NCBI RefSeq assembly: GCF_001194135.2
Contig: NC_068990.1
Location: 30,176,203 to 30,240,202 of the forward strand
Direction: 5' to 3'
Origin: Octopus bimaculoides
Lineage: Eukaryota
Length of the DNA: 64,000 bases
Below the pieces are notes generated by a model. The model ran no database searches. It was not told the DNA's origin and saw only the letters and a program-made list of their open reading frames with translations. The number at the start of each line of letters is the position of its first letter. Positions within the stretch are counted from its first letter, which is position 1. A program made the translations under genes and the position numbers. This document shows, in pieces, positions 1-13,500 of the stretch.

Positions 1-297
1 GGATGAAAGACAAAGTCAACCTTGGCAAAATTTGAACTCAGAATGTAACGACAGACAAAATACCGCTAAGCATTTTGCCCAGTGTGCTAACATTTCTTAT
101 TTCTTTATTGCCCACAAGGGGCTAAACATAGAGGGGACAAACAAGGACAGACAAAGGTATTAAGTCGATTACATCAATCCCAGTGCATAACTCGTACTTA
201 TTTTATCGCTCCTGAAAGGATGAAAGGCAAAGTCGACCTCGATGGAATTTAAACTCAGAATGTAACGGCAGACGAAATACCGTTAAGCATTTCGCCT
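1..297 (-). mobile_element. Two tandem copies of SINE family B
   Basis: Reverse complement of the GTTCTGAGTTCAAATT...GGTCGACTTTGCCTTTCATCCTTTC...GATAAATTAAGTACCAG consensus seen more than 10 times in the window. Confidence 0.85.
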
Positions 298-1014
298 TCC
301 CTCGGTGTCTATTTTACTGAAGTTTAGGCAAAAGAGTAGTAGTAGTAGTAACAGTATGGGGGGGGGGCATGTGCTGTAAGAGTGGATTACTGCATCCACC
401 ATTTGTTGGTGGTTGCGTGCTACTCCAGGTGAATGACACCTTTGCACCACTCAAATGACAACCTTCCAACCTATGGGTTGTTGCTGTTGAAGAATGTTAC
501 GAGGCTAGAGTGCCAATCCTACTTCAACCTCTTTTAGTTGCCTTTGTCAACACAAGAAACATTGGGTCTATTCGTCGACGACATGCCAGTCTCCACACAA
601 CACAAAACAAAAGAGGATAAAACAGAATTATTCCTTTTAAAATTTATTTTTAGCTTTTGTCTGATGTCAGCTGTGTCTCGCAAACAAATAAAACCTGACT
701 AATAAAGAGAGACAGGCTTAACAAAACAAATGTTTACAATGTCAGCCAGTTTTAATTACTGTTTAATAAATTATGGAGTTTGTTATTTTTCCACTGCAAC
801 ATATTGTGTAAAAGTTCTTTCTATTTTGATTGTTTTTCATTATGGAGGGAGAGGGAAGGGGGTATTTGTATTTTGTCTGAGGTAAATAAGTTGCCAGCTA
901 AGTTTTGTTTGAGACCTAGATGACCATCTGATTTCCCAAAGGGCCTCTGTTATGTAGAGAATACCATCTTTCACTCCTGTTCAACCTTCAACACACAAGT
1001 GTCTTCTACACACA

Positions 1015-1048
<34 letters not shown>

Positions 1049-1627
1049 GCCTAATCACTTTATGCCATGAAGAACAACCTTGAAAATATCTTTCAAGAGG
1101 GTCATGATGACATTTTCTTTTACAACACAAAAGATATATCCTCTACTTTATATCAACAAAGCAATCTTATATTATGTCCTTCTTAACACATAAAACCACA
1201 CCTATATCTAAAGATCTCGCAATCACCACAATTTCTGAGATGCACAATCTCTGATGATCTTTAACGATAACTTCATGATACGCTAACAAAAAATATATTT
1301 CACCATGTTCAATTGCTGACAAAGCTTATGTAATATTTTCTCTTCAACGTTACTCACATGTATAGGACAGTCTTGTTTGCTCTCTCTCTCTCACACACAC
1401 ACACATCTCAAACTGCATCCAATAGAATCGTTTGACTGAACTGCAAAAATCCAATTGCCAACACTCTACACCAGTTGTACTCAACTGGGTTCCACATGTT
1501 CTTAAAGTTTAAGGTCCAAATAAACTGGTTCTATTTCTACAATACTCAAAATATTTTTAACAATTTTTTTTTACACAATTCTTCATAATATTTAATTATA
1601 AAAATATAATGAAATTTTTTAAACATA

Positions 1628-2009
1628 GTGGCTGTGTGGTAAGTAGCATGCTTACCAACCACATGGTTCTGGGTTCAGTCCCACTGCGTGGCATCTTGGG
1701 CAAGTGTCTTCTACTATAGCCTCGGGCCGACCAAAGCCTTGTGAGTGGATCTGGTAGACGGAAACTGAAAGAAGCCTGTCGTATATATGTATGTATATAT
1801 ATATATGTATGTGTCTGTGTTTGTCCCCACCAACATCGCTTGACAACCGATGCTGGTGTGTTTACGTCCCCGTAACTTAGCGGTTCAGCAAAAGAGACCA
1901 ATAAAATAAGTACCAGGCTTACAAAGAATAAATCCTGGGGTCGATTTGCTTGACTAAAGGTGGTGCTCCAGCATGGCCACAGTCAAATGACTGAAACAAG
2001 TAAAGAGTA
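1628..2009 (+). mobile_element. Full-length tRNA-derived SINE, family A
   Basis: A/B-box-like head (TGGCTGTGTGG ... GGTTCAGTCCC), internal (TA/TG)n, nearly identical to 40094-40490. Confidence 0.9.
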
Positions 2010-2739
2010 TTGAATGTGTATGAGAGTCCAGTAGAATAAACTAGGGATCAAAGGAGTCCAGAAGGGAAAAAAAGGGTTGCAAAACACTTCTCTGTTGCCC
2101 CTAACTCCCAAATACATCATCTCCTTTCTCTGACTCTACTATTGCTTCTACAAGTGTCTCTGCTTCTTTGAACTCAGCCAGTTGCATCATCCTCCCAAGC
2201 TTTCTTTCCCTTTTTCTGGGTTGGTTGAAATTACATTGTATTTTTGGACAGTTGTCATGCTACCCAGCTATAGAAAAGGATTTCTTGATTTCTTTCAACT
2301 AACACATGTATAAAAGGCAATTTTCTGTAAAACATTCATGATGAATCTCTGAAATGAGATGAAACACTAAATAATTATCCAAAATTCTGACCCCCTCCTT
2401 CTTATATATATATATATATATATATGAAATTTTATTTGATGATGGTGGATGATATATCATGATGTAATCTTTTGTGACTGCATTAAATAAATAAAATTCT
2501 ACCAAAATGGCTGTTGTAAATTTGAAATACCATTTGTGTTTACTTTTAATACCTACACCACACCAAGGACTCATCCTTGAGTCAGATCTATGGTTTAAAT
2601 TGGATTTGGTACCTGCATGTCCACAGTATCCTACCACCACTTGGTGCATTCAATGATGAACCATGTTATTGCACCTAGCCATTTCTGGTAGCCTATCAGT
2701 TGACATGCCTTGATTCTTATGAATCCATACAGAAAAATT

Positions 2740-2821
2740 ATTATGGGTGTGTATGTGTGTGTGATTGTATATATGCATGTATGTATATGCATATGTGTGT
2801 ATTTATATGTATGTATAAGCT

Positions 2822-2866
<45 letters not shown>

Positions 2867-2971
2867 ATGTATGTATGGGTGTTTATATATATATGTGTGT
2901 GTGTGTGTGTATATATATGAGTGTATATGCTTGTATGTGAATATATATCATTTAATGTCCATATTCCATAC

Positions 2972-3060
<89 letters not shown>
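2740..3060. repeat. Compound (TG)/(TA)/(CA)n microsatellite
   Basis: Visible dinucleotide runs, including about 43 CA units at 2975-3060. Confidence 0.95.
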
Positions 3061-3062
<2 letters not shown>

Positions 3063-3429
3063 ACTTATGTGTATATGTTTATGAAAAACTATATGCCACT
3101 CGTTGGGAAATAGTGATTGCAGGTATGTCCAAGGATAATTAAATAGTCTTCTGTGTAGACATTATTCTAAACTTAAATTCTAAATAATAATACGGTAAAC
3201 ATTGCAAAGTCTGCTGGCATCTAAATTACAATGGCTAATAAGCTCTTTAATATTAGAGTTGCGTCATATCTGCCACACCTTTTGTGAGGCTGTCTATCGC
3301 AGACTTTTGTTTTAGACACTTTTTTCTCATGTTTGTGTATAAGAGTGTATATTTATGAAACTGCCTACCTGTATGCACACACACATGTATATATAAATGC
3401 ATATTTATATTTATGCATATATGTATAGA

Positions 3430-3745
3430 CATCGCCTTCCTGGCACTTATGCCGGTGGCACGTGAAAAGTCATTCGAGCGAGATCATTGCCAGTGCTGCT
3501 GGCACGTAAAATACACCATTTTGAGCATGGCTGTTGCCAATACCGCCTGACTGGCCTTCGTGCCAGTGGCACGTAAAAGCACCCACTACACTCTCGGAGT
3601 GGTTGGCGTTAGGAAGGGCATCCAGCTGTAGAAACACTGCCAAATCAGATTGGAGCCTGGTGTAGCCATCTGGTTCACCAGTCCTCAGTCAAATCATCCA
3701 ACCCATGCTAGCATGGAAAGCGGACATTAAACGATGGTGGTGATA
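3430..3745 (+). mobile_element. Family C retroelement ((ATG)n-tailed, SINE-like or RTE-related)
   Basis: GGTTGGCGTTAGGAAGGGCATCCAGCTGTAGAAAC...CATGGAAAGCGGACATTAAACGATG, repeated many times in the window. Confidence 0.85.
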
Positions 3746-4129
3746 TATATTTATGTGTGTGTGTGTGTCCATTGACATCACCAATAGTTGAATACAAAAA
3801 TAGCTTTTCTTAGATTATTTCATCTTGGCAGTCTTTTTTGTACATTCCTGTACTGGAACTATTTTCTTTAGTTCACTTTGAATTTAACTAATTTTGGATC
3901 ACCTTGAAAACATGTTAACATGTATTTTGGGAAATATTAATTTTAATGATATTTTCTATATCTAAATATGTTAATACAACAGAAACAATTGTCAGCTTTG
4001 TAAGGTGAATTCTATAATTAAAGATGTGATTTTTCTCTATACGTATCTTTCTTATCTATTCATCCAACCAACCAACCAACCAACCAACCAAAACCCTTCC
4101 ACAATCTGAAGAATATACCACTGGCATTG

Positions 4130-4400
4130 TCCAAATAATCTTAACATCGGATTCAGAATTCATCCAAGACTGGGTTCACATGCCATATGCCCTCTACACA
4201 ATTCAGGTTCACAACACATCAATTCGCTGCAATACAATTACTTTTCCTCAACAGGCCCTGCTCTATTTGATATTATCTACAAAACAAATCAATGAAAGGA
4301 AAGATCCCATCACCTTCAAATGATATTTGGACAAATTTTACTTCAAGGGATACCAAATAAACCACCTATACTTGGATACAGTTCAATTAACACTTAAATG
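4130..4400 (+). mobile_element. Degraded 3' end of a CR1-group LINE ORF2
   Basis: Frameshifted translation TGPALFDII...KDPITFK*YLDKF...GIPNKPPILGYSSIN resembles the C-terminus of CR1-like RTs (GPxLFN...FKxxLDKFLxxIPDxP). Confidence 0.5.
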
Positions 4401-4822
4401 GACCGTGATATGGTCAATTCAGTCAACCATGATACCACTTGTACTTGACTGAATGGACCATGATACCACAAAACTTGACTTAAAAATGCCGTGATAGATT
4501 CTATCAGGTGGTGCTATTATGTCAGACTTGATCTCTGGCCAATCTTTGGCTGGAACATATCTAAGTTATATATGTAATGTATATACACACACACATTATA
4601 ACTTAAGTTTATGAATCCATTCAGTAACTTGTTTCGGGTCCTCAGCAGGCACAGTTTACCAGTTGATGATCAGAAATGAGTAACTCAAGAGAACTGGAAA
4701 TAGGAACGTTTAGTATCAAAGAATATTCTACACTTACTGAGTCCTGTAATGTATCGTTTTTCTTGAATCAACAGATATATAACTAATAGTGACCTAAGCA
4801 GTATTAATACCAAAAGATAATG

Positions 4823-5078
4823 TTTATCTCCACTTAAAAGTGGATGCTGTGCTAGAACACAAAACACTGCATTATTTAAAACCATGAGAGAAAACCCTCA
4901 TATGGACTTGTGGCACGTATAAGCACTTGTGTTTATACTGCTAGAAGGAGATAATTGTCTGCCACCACTGCCAGAACTGACAGATCACCGCAAGTGTGTG
5001 CATATGAGAGGTCCTCTCATGATAAATTATGCAGTATTCTGGGTTCTAACACAACATTCAGTTTTAAGTGGGGATAAA
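4823..5078. mobile_element. Foldback/MITE-like element with about 65-bp inverted arms
   Basis: 4823-4890 is an imperfect reverse complement of 5014-5078. Confidence 0.65.
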
Positions 5079-5301
5079 TATATTCATATGTATCCTTATT
5101 TTATTTTATAATGAATTTTATATATATAATTTTTTTTTCCATACTGCCATAGGTTGGACAAGACCTGTTGAGGCTGTATTCTCTTGTTGTTCACATAATG
5201 AAACTCCTCAGCAGCAGAAATTTTTTTCACAGCAAAATGCAAACAATGACAAAGTCACCTTAGTGGCCATATTGATTTATGCTTAGTGCCCAAACAATGT
5301 C

Positions 5302-5332
<31 letters not shown>

Positions 5333-5655
5333 NNNNNNNNNNNNNNNNNNNNNNNNNNNNNNNNNNNNNNNNNNNNNNNNNNNNNNNNNNNNNNNNNNNN
5401 NNNNNNNNNNNNNNNNNNNNNNNNNNNNNNNNNNNNNNNNNNNNNNNNNNNNNNNNNNNNNNNNNNNNNNNNNNNNNNNNNNNNNNNNNNNNNNNNNNNN
5501 NNNNNNNNNNNNNNNNNNNNNNNNNNNNNNNNNNNNNNNNNNNNNNNNNNNNNNNNNNNNNNNNNNNNNNNNNNNNNNNNNNNNNNNNNNNNNNNNNNNN
5601 NNNNNNNNNNNNNNNNNNNNNNNNNNNNNNNNNNNNNNNNNNNNNNNNNNNNNNN
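5333..5655. other. Assembly gap flanked by (CA)n and (CT)n
   Basis: N run. Confidence 1.
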
Positions 5656-5694
<39 letters not shown>

Positions 5695-5959
5695 TACAAT
5701 CAAAGGATCCTTCTGTGTCAATTGATGCCCTTAGCAGTATGACATGACACTGTGAGCATCATTTGCAACATTATGGAGGAGTGTGGTGAAGGCAACCCAG
5801 CTAGAAGGATTCTGAAATCCAGAGAGAAAACAACCTGTCGAGAATAGGAATTCAAAATATATTTGTACGAAGCAGATATGGACTCCTTAATGCACAAGGA
5901 TGGTAACTCATCTGAGAAGGCAGCAATTCTGAATCCTCATCATCATACATCCATTTTCC

Positions 5960-6260
5960 TTGTTGGAGGCAGACAAGGCTACAAGTGGCACCAAACTCCA
6001 TTGTTTTTGTCCCAGTTTCTGTGGCTGGGTGCCCTTCCTAATGCTGACCACTTCACAGAGTGTTCCGGGTGCTTTTTACATGGCACCAGCATGGGTGTGA
6101 TATATGTGGCATGAGCTCGGATGTTTTTCACACAGCACTGGCACAGATGCTATTTGTGTGACACTAGAACGGGCGTTCCTTATGTGGCACTGGCATGGGT
6201 GCTTTTTATGTGGAACTAACTGAATGTAAACTGATATAGTGTAGAGAGGACATTTCAGTC
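5960..6260 (-). mobile_element. Degraded family C copy
   Basis: GCCCTTCCTAATGCTGACCACTTCACAGAGTG... plus repeated GGCAC(C)AGCATGGGTG sub-units. Confidence 0.65.
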
Positions 6261-6527
6261 CAGTTGGTCAGTTTCTTTACTCTCCGGTGACACAAAGAAG
6301 TGCTCTCAACCCATGAAGTGATGTGTGATAGGAAATATGTCCAGCTGTGAAAAAAACACAGAGAAGACAGAGTCATTTCAATGATGAAAGCCTGATTGTG
6401 TCAACAGGGTTAATCAGGTTAGTATTACCTGTAGTAGTGAGGTGGTAGCCAGGTGAGAAAGTCTAGCCATGTTATAAAAGGCCTTTGACCATCTGCTAAT
6501 GATTGCACCCAATTTCTTTTTTTATAG

Positions 6528-6779
6528 ATCCTCCTTTCTGATTGGAGGCACTACTTCAGGGCTACTCATATCAATGTTGGTATTGATGAAGGATCTGGGG
6601 AGTAATGTGAATGCTAAAGGGTTTGGGGATGACAGCAGTCATCTCTGTGTCTGTGATACTCACTATATGCGCCAATGAAACACTAATTTTTGTTATTTCA
6701 TTACTCAACAGTCCCAGCCAGAGTACTCCCCAATCATCTGAACTGTATGAGTCGAAGGTAAAGGATACAGCTGCACCAT
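6528..6779 (+). CDS. ITPRID-like putative first coding exon (5'UTR part plus start at ATG 6611 or 6629; alternative acceptor at 6712)
   Basis: Strong acceptor TTTCTTTTTTTATAG ending 6527 and donor GTAAGA at 6780. The open frame ...SPSQSTPQSSELYESKVKDTAAP ends in phase 1, which matches the next exon. Confidence 0.5.
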
Positions 6780-9700
6780 GTAAGAAAGTACCCCACAATA
6801 CTCCTCATGATGTACCCCATGGGGTTGATGATTTACCTTTGGGTGTTGAAGGTTTGTATTGCCCTTCACATACTTCTCTTTCTTTCCTCCTTCTCTTTTA
6901 CTCTTCTCAACCCTTGTTCTTCACACTTGGAAGTGTTTTCAAACTTAGATATTTGAATCAATTTCTTATAACAAGTGTTTTTATGACTACATACCAACAC
7001 CCATTCTCTCTCTCAGAAAATATGTATTTTTAACTTTGACCCATAAATAATAATAATATTAAGATAAATAGCCTGAGGACACACTGGTAGATTTATGTAT
7101 TAGTTGTAGCCTTGATACATGCCCCAACAGTGCAGACACATGTGTAGTGTTGATTAGAAATACATTCTTTCTTCACAGACTAATAATAGGTAAGTTATAT
7201 ATTTTTTCAACTGATTTTATTGTATTTTATAGTAGGTTATTTTAATTGCTTATATTATTTTATTAGATATAACTTTCTATGTGTATTCCATACAATAAGG
7301 TTATCCTGAAATAGGAGTTGCAGTTCTATTGGTAAAATCCCAAATTTGTAATAATATATATATACACACATATTTATAAGCATTTTTTTCTGATAGTTAC
7401 AAATAATGTGTCACAGTTCACCTTGGTGAGGCCAGTGAGCCAATGATAAGGACTGAGTCAGTTCAGTGCATTTTTCTAGTAGAAGATGAACTGGAAATGT
7501 ATTATTGGTTCCTTGTTCTTCACACAGACATGATTGAGACTCAAGAAGTGGTACCCCTTGAATGAGTCTCTCAAAAATAATTCTACTCAGTATGTTCCCA
7601 AAAAAGCTGAGGAGAGAGAATTACTTTGAGAATTATTGCAAATGTCTTTTACCACCTTTTCATTTCTACAACACCATCAGCAAAAGTGAGTTAACTTTCT
7701 AAACTGGTTTTGTTAGCCTCCCCGCACCCGCTAAGGTTACATATATCAAAGCAAGTTAATGGTAGGTCCTCAGTCATGTAATAAATGTTGTATTTCAGTT
7801 GTCATGATTCTGTGATGCATGGAACTGCGAAGAGACTTATGTAAGGGTTGTGGTAAAAGTTGTGCATCATGAGCTAAGTTAAGATGTCATCTTAGTTTCG
7901 TAGCTCACGAAACAATGGTCAGGCTCATTAATCAGCTTCCATCATCATGTGTATTTCTCTGTGTGTGTGAGAGAGAGAGAAAGAGAGAGAGCTTGAGAGC
8001 AAGAGTAAGCAGTAAAAGACTAAGTGGTTTTGTATAATTGATGTTTATTGTTGTTTACCAGCCAATACCCTCAATGAAATACCAGCGAGTAAACTGAATG
8101 AAATGTCACCCTCTAAGCCAAATGAAACAACAGCCTCTACCATCAATGAAACACCAGTCAATAACTTGAACAAAATGACCCTCAGTTCTACTTCAGATGA
8201 AAATGAGAGGTAGGTGTGGCAAGAATATGAAATATTCTCTTTAAATTTCACGAAAATTGAATTTAAGGTAAAAAAAAAAAAAGACTAATATTGATGAAAA
8301 ATGTTGAAGTTGTTAAACTGTTGACTGTAAAATTATTACGTCCTGATCTTGTACAACAACCCAGGCCCTGGTACCACCTTCTTTTACTATTAATATTTTG
8401 TTCATGAAATGATTGATCAGAAGTATTGTCTGCCAAAGAAACAGTTACTTGTTACACAGTGCTCCTGCTGTCTACAGCAATATATTGTACTTCCTCATGG
8501 GACCTATTTTGCGTATTAACATTAGAAGGGTAGTATGTTTTTATTTTCTATATATTTTACCCTTACTTGTAGTACTTGATGCCATTAGATAGTGAGACCA
8601 GTATATTATTAGCAGTATTTTGTTTGTCTTTATGTTCTGAGTTCAACCTCTGTTGAGGTTGACTTTGGCCTATTCATCCTTTCAGGGTTGATTAAATAAG
8701 CACCAATGAAGCATTGGGGGTCGATAGAATCTACTATCCTCCTCCCATAAAAATTTCAGGCCTTGTGCTTTTATTAGAAAGGATTATTAAAATAAGTACC
8801 AGTTGAATACTGGGGTTGATGTAATTTACTTGTCCTCTCCCTTGAAATTGCTGGCCTTGTGCCAAAATTTGAAACTATTGTTTTTGGCTTTGTAAGTTCG
8901 TCAAAGGTAAAGGATCTGATCATCCCATGCTTGTGAGACAGGTGCAACTGATGCCTAGGCTGGATATCTGAGAAAGTTAGTGTCTACAGGTGAGAACTGG
9001 GAGATGGGAGGTTGGAAACTGATGGATGGTGTTGGGTTCAATTATGCTAGGATAAGGTGGAGGTGTTTAACTTGGCTGGCATATTAGGACTTAAATACTC
9101 AACTCAGCCCATTCATGGACCACATATTATTGTTGCCGTGGTTATTTAGACTTAATTAAGCAAAAAATGTAATCAAAGACATTCCAGCCTTGACTATCTT
9201 TTTTGTTTCTTATTTGTATATCAAGAACCATATGTTCTTCTAATATAATAAGTGCGAAAACTAATTTCAGTGTGTCACACTTCGACCCCTTCTACTCCTA
9301 CTATTGCTCATGTTAGGATGAGAGTTAGAGTAGGCATAGAGAAGGTAATAGATTGACGGTTGTGATGGTAATGAGGTGATAGTAATAGTATGAGCTGTAG
9401 TTGTGATAGAGGCGGAGGTGACAGTGATGATGGTGGTGGTGGTGGTGGTGGTAGTGGTAGCTGAAGCAGTCAGGGACAATGGTGATAGTAAGCAATGTGA
9501 AAGACAGTGGTGATGGTAGTGGAAAGGAAGGCTGCGAAGTCAAAGGTATTGATGGTGGTGGCGTCAGAAGTCTGAATGGTGTGTGTATGGCAGTTGTGGT
9601 GGCAATGATGGTGGTATTGGTGATAGTGATGGTGATGGTTGGAAACAATCAACAGAGAGAGAGAGAGAGAAAAAGAAAGAGGTTAGACAGACAAAAAAAA

Positions 9701-10507
9701 GTGTACTGAACCCCGAATAGGAAGACGAAACATGTTGTCTATCATGCAGCTTTGCAATAAGTTCCAAGTCAACAAATTATATCATTGTTTTGATGAAAAT
9801 TGTTCATTGCTTGAAAAATATTGGTCAAGTTTAATAAAATTAATATGTACTCAATGCATGAAGTGTCATTGTAGGGCCCAGGGCCAATGAAGAGCTCTCC
9901 ACAGGAGCTGGCTTAAAAAGCCACCCAATAGGGCAGCTATTAAGCTAGTCTTTTATATGATAGACTGTGATTTAAAGGAGATATAACTACTGTTTCTAGC
10001 AGATCAAGCAACTGCCTAGAGGTTCCTTCATTGATTTGTATAAGTGTTAAAATGGGAGAGGTGTGGGTGGGGAGTTATTAGGTCACTCACTCAACTAAAA
10101 GCAACTATTGTGTTTATAGACTGAACTAATATAATATATGTTAATTTATGTATAGTTTGATCCTGTTGCATATTCATAATGCTGCTCTGTCATGCTGGTT
10201 GTTTCTCATTACCAGCAACCAGTCTATCAACCAGTCATTTCTCTGCTGGAACTGGTTTCTTTCTCTAACTTGTTCTGGGCAAAAAAAAAACGAATGTCAT
10301 GAATTTCTATTTCTGAAACTTCAAAGATTCAGAAGAATCAAGTTTTGGAAGAAATTATCATTTCTAGGTTTGCTTCCCAACCGCATGGCTCTGCGTTCAG
10401 TTCCACTGTATGGTACTTTGGCAAGTGTCTTCTAGTGTAGCTCCAGTCTAACCAAGCCTTGTGAGTAAATTTGGTAGACAGAAACTGAAAGAAACCCTTT
10501 GTGTATG

Positions 10508-10552
<45 letters not shown>

Positions 10553-13500
10553 CATTGCTTTATGCAAACGTGTTGTAAGTCCCAAATATTGCTTTTTCAG
10601 AAAACAAAAAAATACTTTCACCATTCCATTTCTTTTTACATTAGCAACAGTTGGGTGCATAAAATCGTAACGCCATACATGTATGATATTTTCAGTCAGA
10701 AATATTTTTGCAAAACTGTTGTTTGTGGGGCTTACCACACTTTAAAAATGTTAAACCATTGTACAATTTTCATATCTTGGCATCTGAAGCAGCTGGAGAT
10801 ATGATAGTTTGACCAAAAGAACTGGCTATTGCAGGCAAGATTAAATATTGAAAAAAGTGCATTTGACCAAATTTGGACATACAACAGTTTAACATAATAG
10901 CAATGGTAACACGCTAGCTCAATTTGAATCATTCTCAGTGGAAAGAGGCCTGTTGTTATTTCTTGTTGTTTGTATTCATAATTTTGTACCACGTTCTCCA
11001 TTTTTTTGTATTTGTTTGTTTTTTTTCATCTTTGTTGCCTTACACATTCGCTAGCTTTCTTACAAAGGGGTCTAATTCTCTTAGCTAAGACATTTTTGGG
11101 GGCAACCAGATCGAACCATCTCAAGTGTAACTGTCCGAAATGGTCATGACTTCTGGAACTTGACTGATGAAAGAAAGCCAAGAGTGACTTGTCTTTTTTT
11201 GCTTGTCCTTCTAATTGTTGTTTCTCTTGTCCGCCTTTGTGTCACCTATCTGTCCAAATGTTTTAATACCTTCCATTGCATTTTTGTTCCATATATATAT
11301 ATATATATATGTATGTATATAAATTGTCGCCATTTCATATTGCATCTGAACATTGTTTTTGATTTTGCCAACTACACAGTATAGTAGGGTCAGTTGGGCA
11401 CCATCTGTGAGAGAAGCAGCACCATGACACAATTCACTCTGTCACAAAATTTGGAAACAACATGCTGTACTGCTTGGCATTCGTGCAGGAAACTCCAATA
11501 TGAACATTTCAGAGAGTTTGGGTGTCAATCTGAGGACAGTGCAGAGGATTTGAAAAGAGTTGGATGAGTTTAATGGTGATTACGAAGCTACAGCAGCTTG
11601 GAAAACACACTGTGATTGTTTTGATAAGAAAAGCACTCCTGAATTTGTTGGTGAGATCCCAGCCATGATTGACAATGATCCCTCCAATCAGGTCCATCAC
11701 CAGGGACATGGGAGTGTCTGAGTTCCTTATCAGGCAGGTAATGCATGAAGACATTTGGTATTCCTCATACCATTTGTCTGTGATACAGGTGCCTTTCACA
11801 TGTCACCAGCATGAGTGCCTTTTACGTATCGTTGGCACTGGCCACAACCAGGATTTCACTTAGCTTGATGCGTCTTCTGAAGCACAGCAAATTGCTAGAA
11901 GTCTCAGTCACTTGTCATTGCTTCCTTGAGTCTCAACAACTGAAGATCATATGTCACCACTTCATCCCACATCTTCCTGGGTCTACCCCTTCCACACTTT
12001 CCCTCCACAGTTAGAGATCAGCATGCTGGCTTCATTTCTTTCACGCCTTCACATGTTCTCTCCAGTCAAGGCCCATATTTCACTGCCATTTTAAAAGTAG
12101 GAATATATATAATTATTAATAACAGTTTGACTCAGCTCCACATGACTTAAAGTTTTGCCTGTGTATAGGACACATTCATCTCATTTAGTATCTGATGAGA
12201 CAGACATGTCGTATGTGCCCACAAAACTTTGTCATGTGCAGCTAAGTCAAAGTCAAATTGCATACACCCAACTCCAAACCACTGGGCTCACTGCTACTTT
12301 CTCTCCATCTCTTCACTCATTTGTATGTGTGTATTCATGCGTGTGTTGATATATGTGTGTGTATTAAATTCTGCTGAGGTCGACTTTGCCTTTGTTCTTT
12401 TGGGGTCGATAAATTAAGTACCAGTTGTGTACTGGGGTCGATCTAATCGACTGACTCCCTCTCTAAAACTTTTGGGCCTTGTGCCTAGAATAGAAAAGGA
12501 TATATGTGTGTGTGTATACAAACAAACACACACGCACAGACTCGATAAATGTTGATCCGGTTGCCTATTTTTATTGGTTCGCTAGTTAGAGGCATAAACC
12601 TATGTAATGGGAATAATTATTTAAAAGACTGATTGTATTTTTAATGTTGTTGACATTGATGTTGCTGCTGCTGTTGTTACTCAGACCTCTAGCACCAAAG
12701 CAGTCAATCAACGCGTTTCACTAACAAACAAAAACCTTCCTCACATGTTCCAACATGACTGAATTTTTATCATTTTGATTACCTTTCACCAAAGCTGGTC
12801 GTCCCAGTTAAGCTGACCAGTTTATTCTCTGACCTATCGTCTAAAACGTAATCTTCCCTTGGCAGCCAGACTATTAATCAGTGATTTCTGGTATTCTTCA
12901 AGTCATAAATACATTCTTATTTCATTTCCTTTTAAAATGTTCCAAGCTTGTTTCTAAATCTGCAACATTCTAGCCGGTTGTTTCAGCTCAGGTGAGTGTT
13001 GATCTGCTTATTTTTCTGGTTTTGTTTTAGACATTGTGTATTTAAGACCACATTATTAATGTGTCCACCCTTTTTAAAAGACAGTAGGAAAATTTGGTCA
13101 TTATTTCTAGCATGTCAAGTGGCCACATTATGGCTCATTTGTTTCCAATGTATCCACATAATATTCCTTTTATGTTCATAATACTAATGTTCAGATCCAT
13201 TATACTGATGCACACACACAATGTGGTTGCTTTGAAGTTATAGGAGACACTTGTTCAAGATGCAATGGGGCTTGGTTACAAAGCAAACTTACTTACCACA
13301 TGGCCATGACTGTGCTTATATATATATATATATATATCTCGATCATCATCATTTAACATCGGTTGTCTGTGCTGGCATGGGTTGGACTGTTTGACCAGGG
13401 CTGGTAAGCTAGAAGACTGCACCAGATGTCAGTCTGATTTGGCATGGTTTTCTGTGGCTGGTTGCCCTTTCTATATATATATATATATATATATNNNNNN

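Noticed and set aside
1596-1901. ORFs such as MVSFAEPLSY.../RHLPKMPRSGTEP (also 39971-40324, 51860-52321, 63382-63732)
   Set aside because: Recurrent translations of SINE family A, not genes.
2700-3142. THTHTH/CVCVCV/YIYIYI ORFs (here and at many other loci)
   Set aside because: Translations of dinucleotide microsatellites, or ORFs running through N gaps.
5153-5286. Possible upstream ITPRID exon (…HNETPQQQKFFSQQNANNDK)
   Set aside because: No donor in a compatible phase was found, and an N gap follows; cannot be supported.
9267-9767. His/Thr-rich and hydrophobic ORFs on both strands
   Set aside because: Low-complexity (GGT/GAT)n-derived sequence without convincing splice sites or a phase slot in the gene model.
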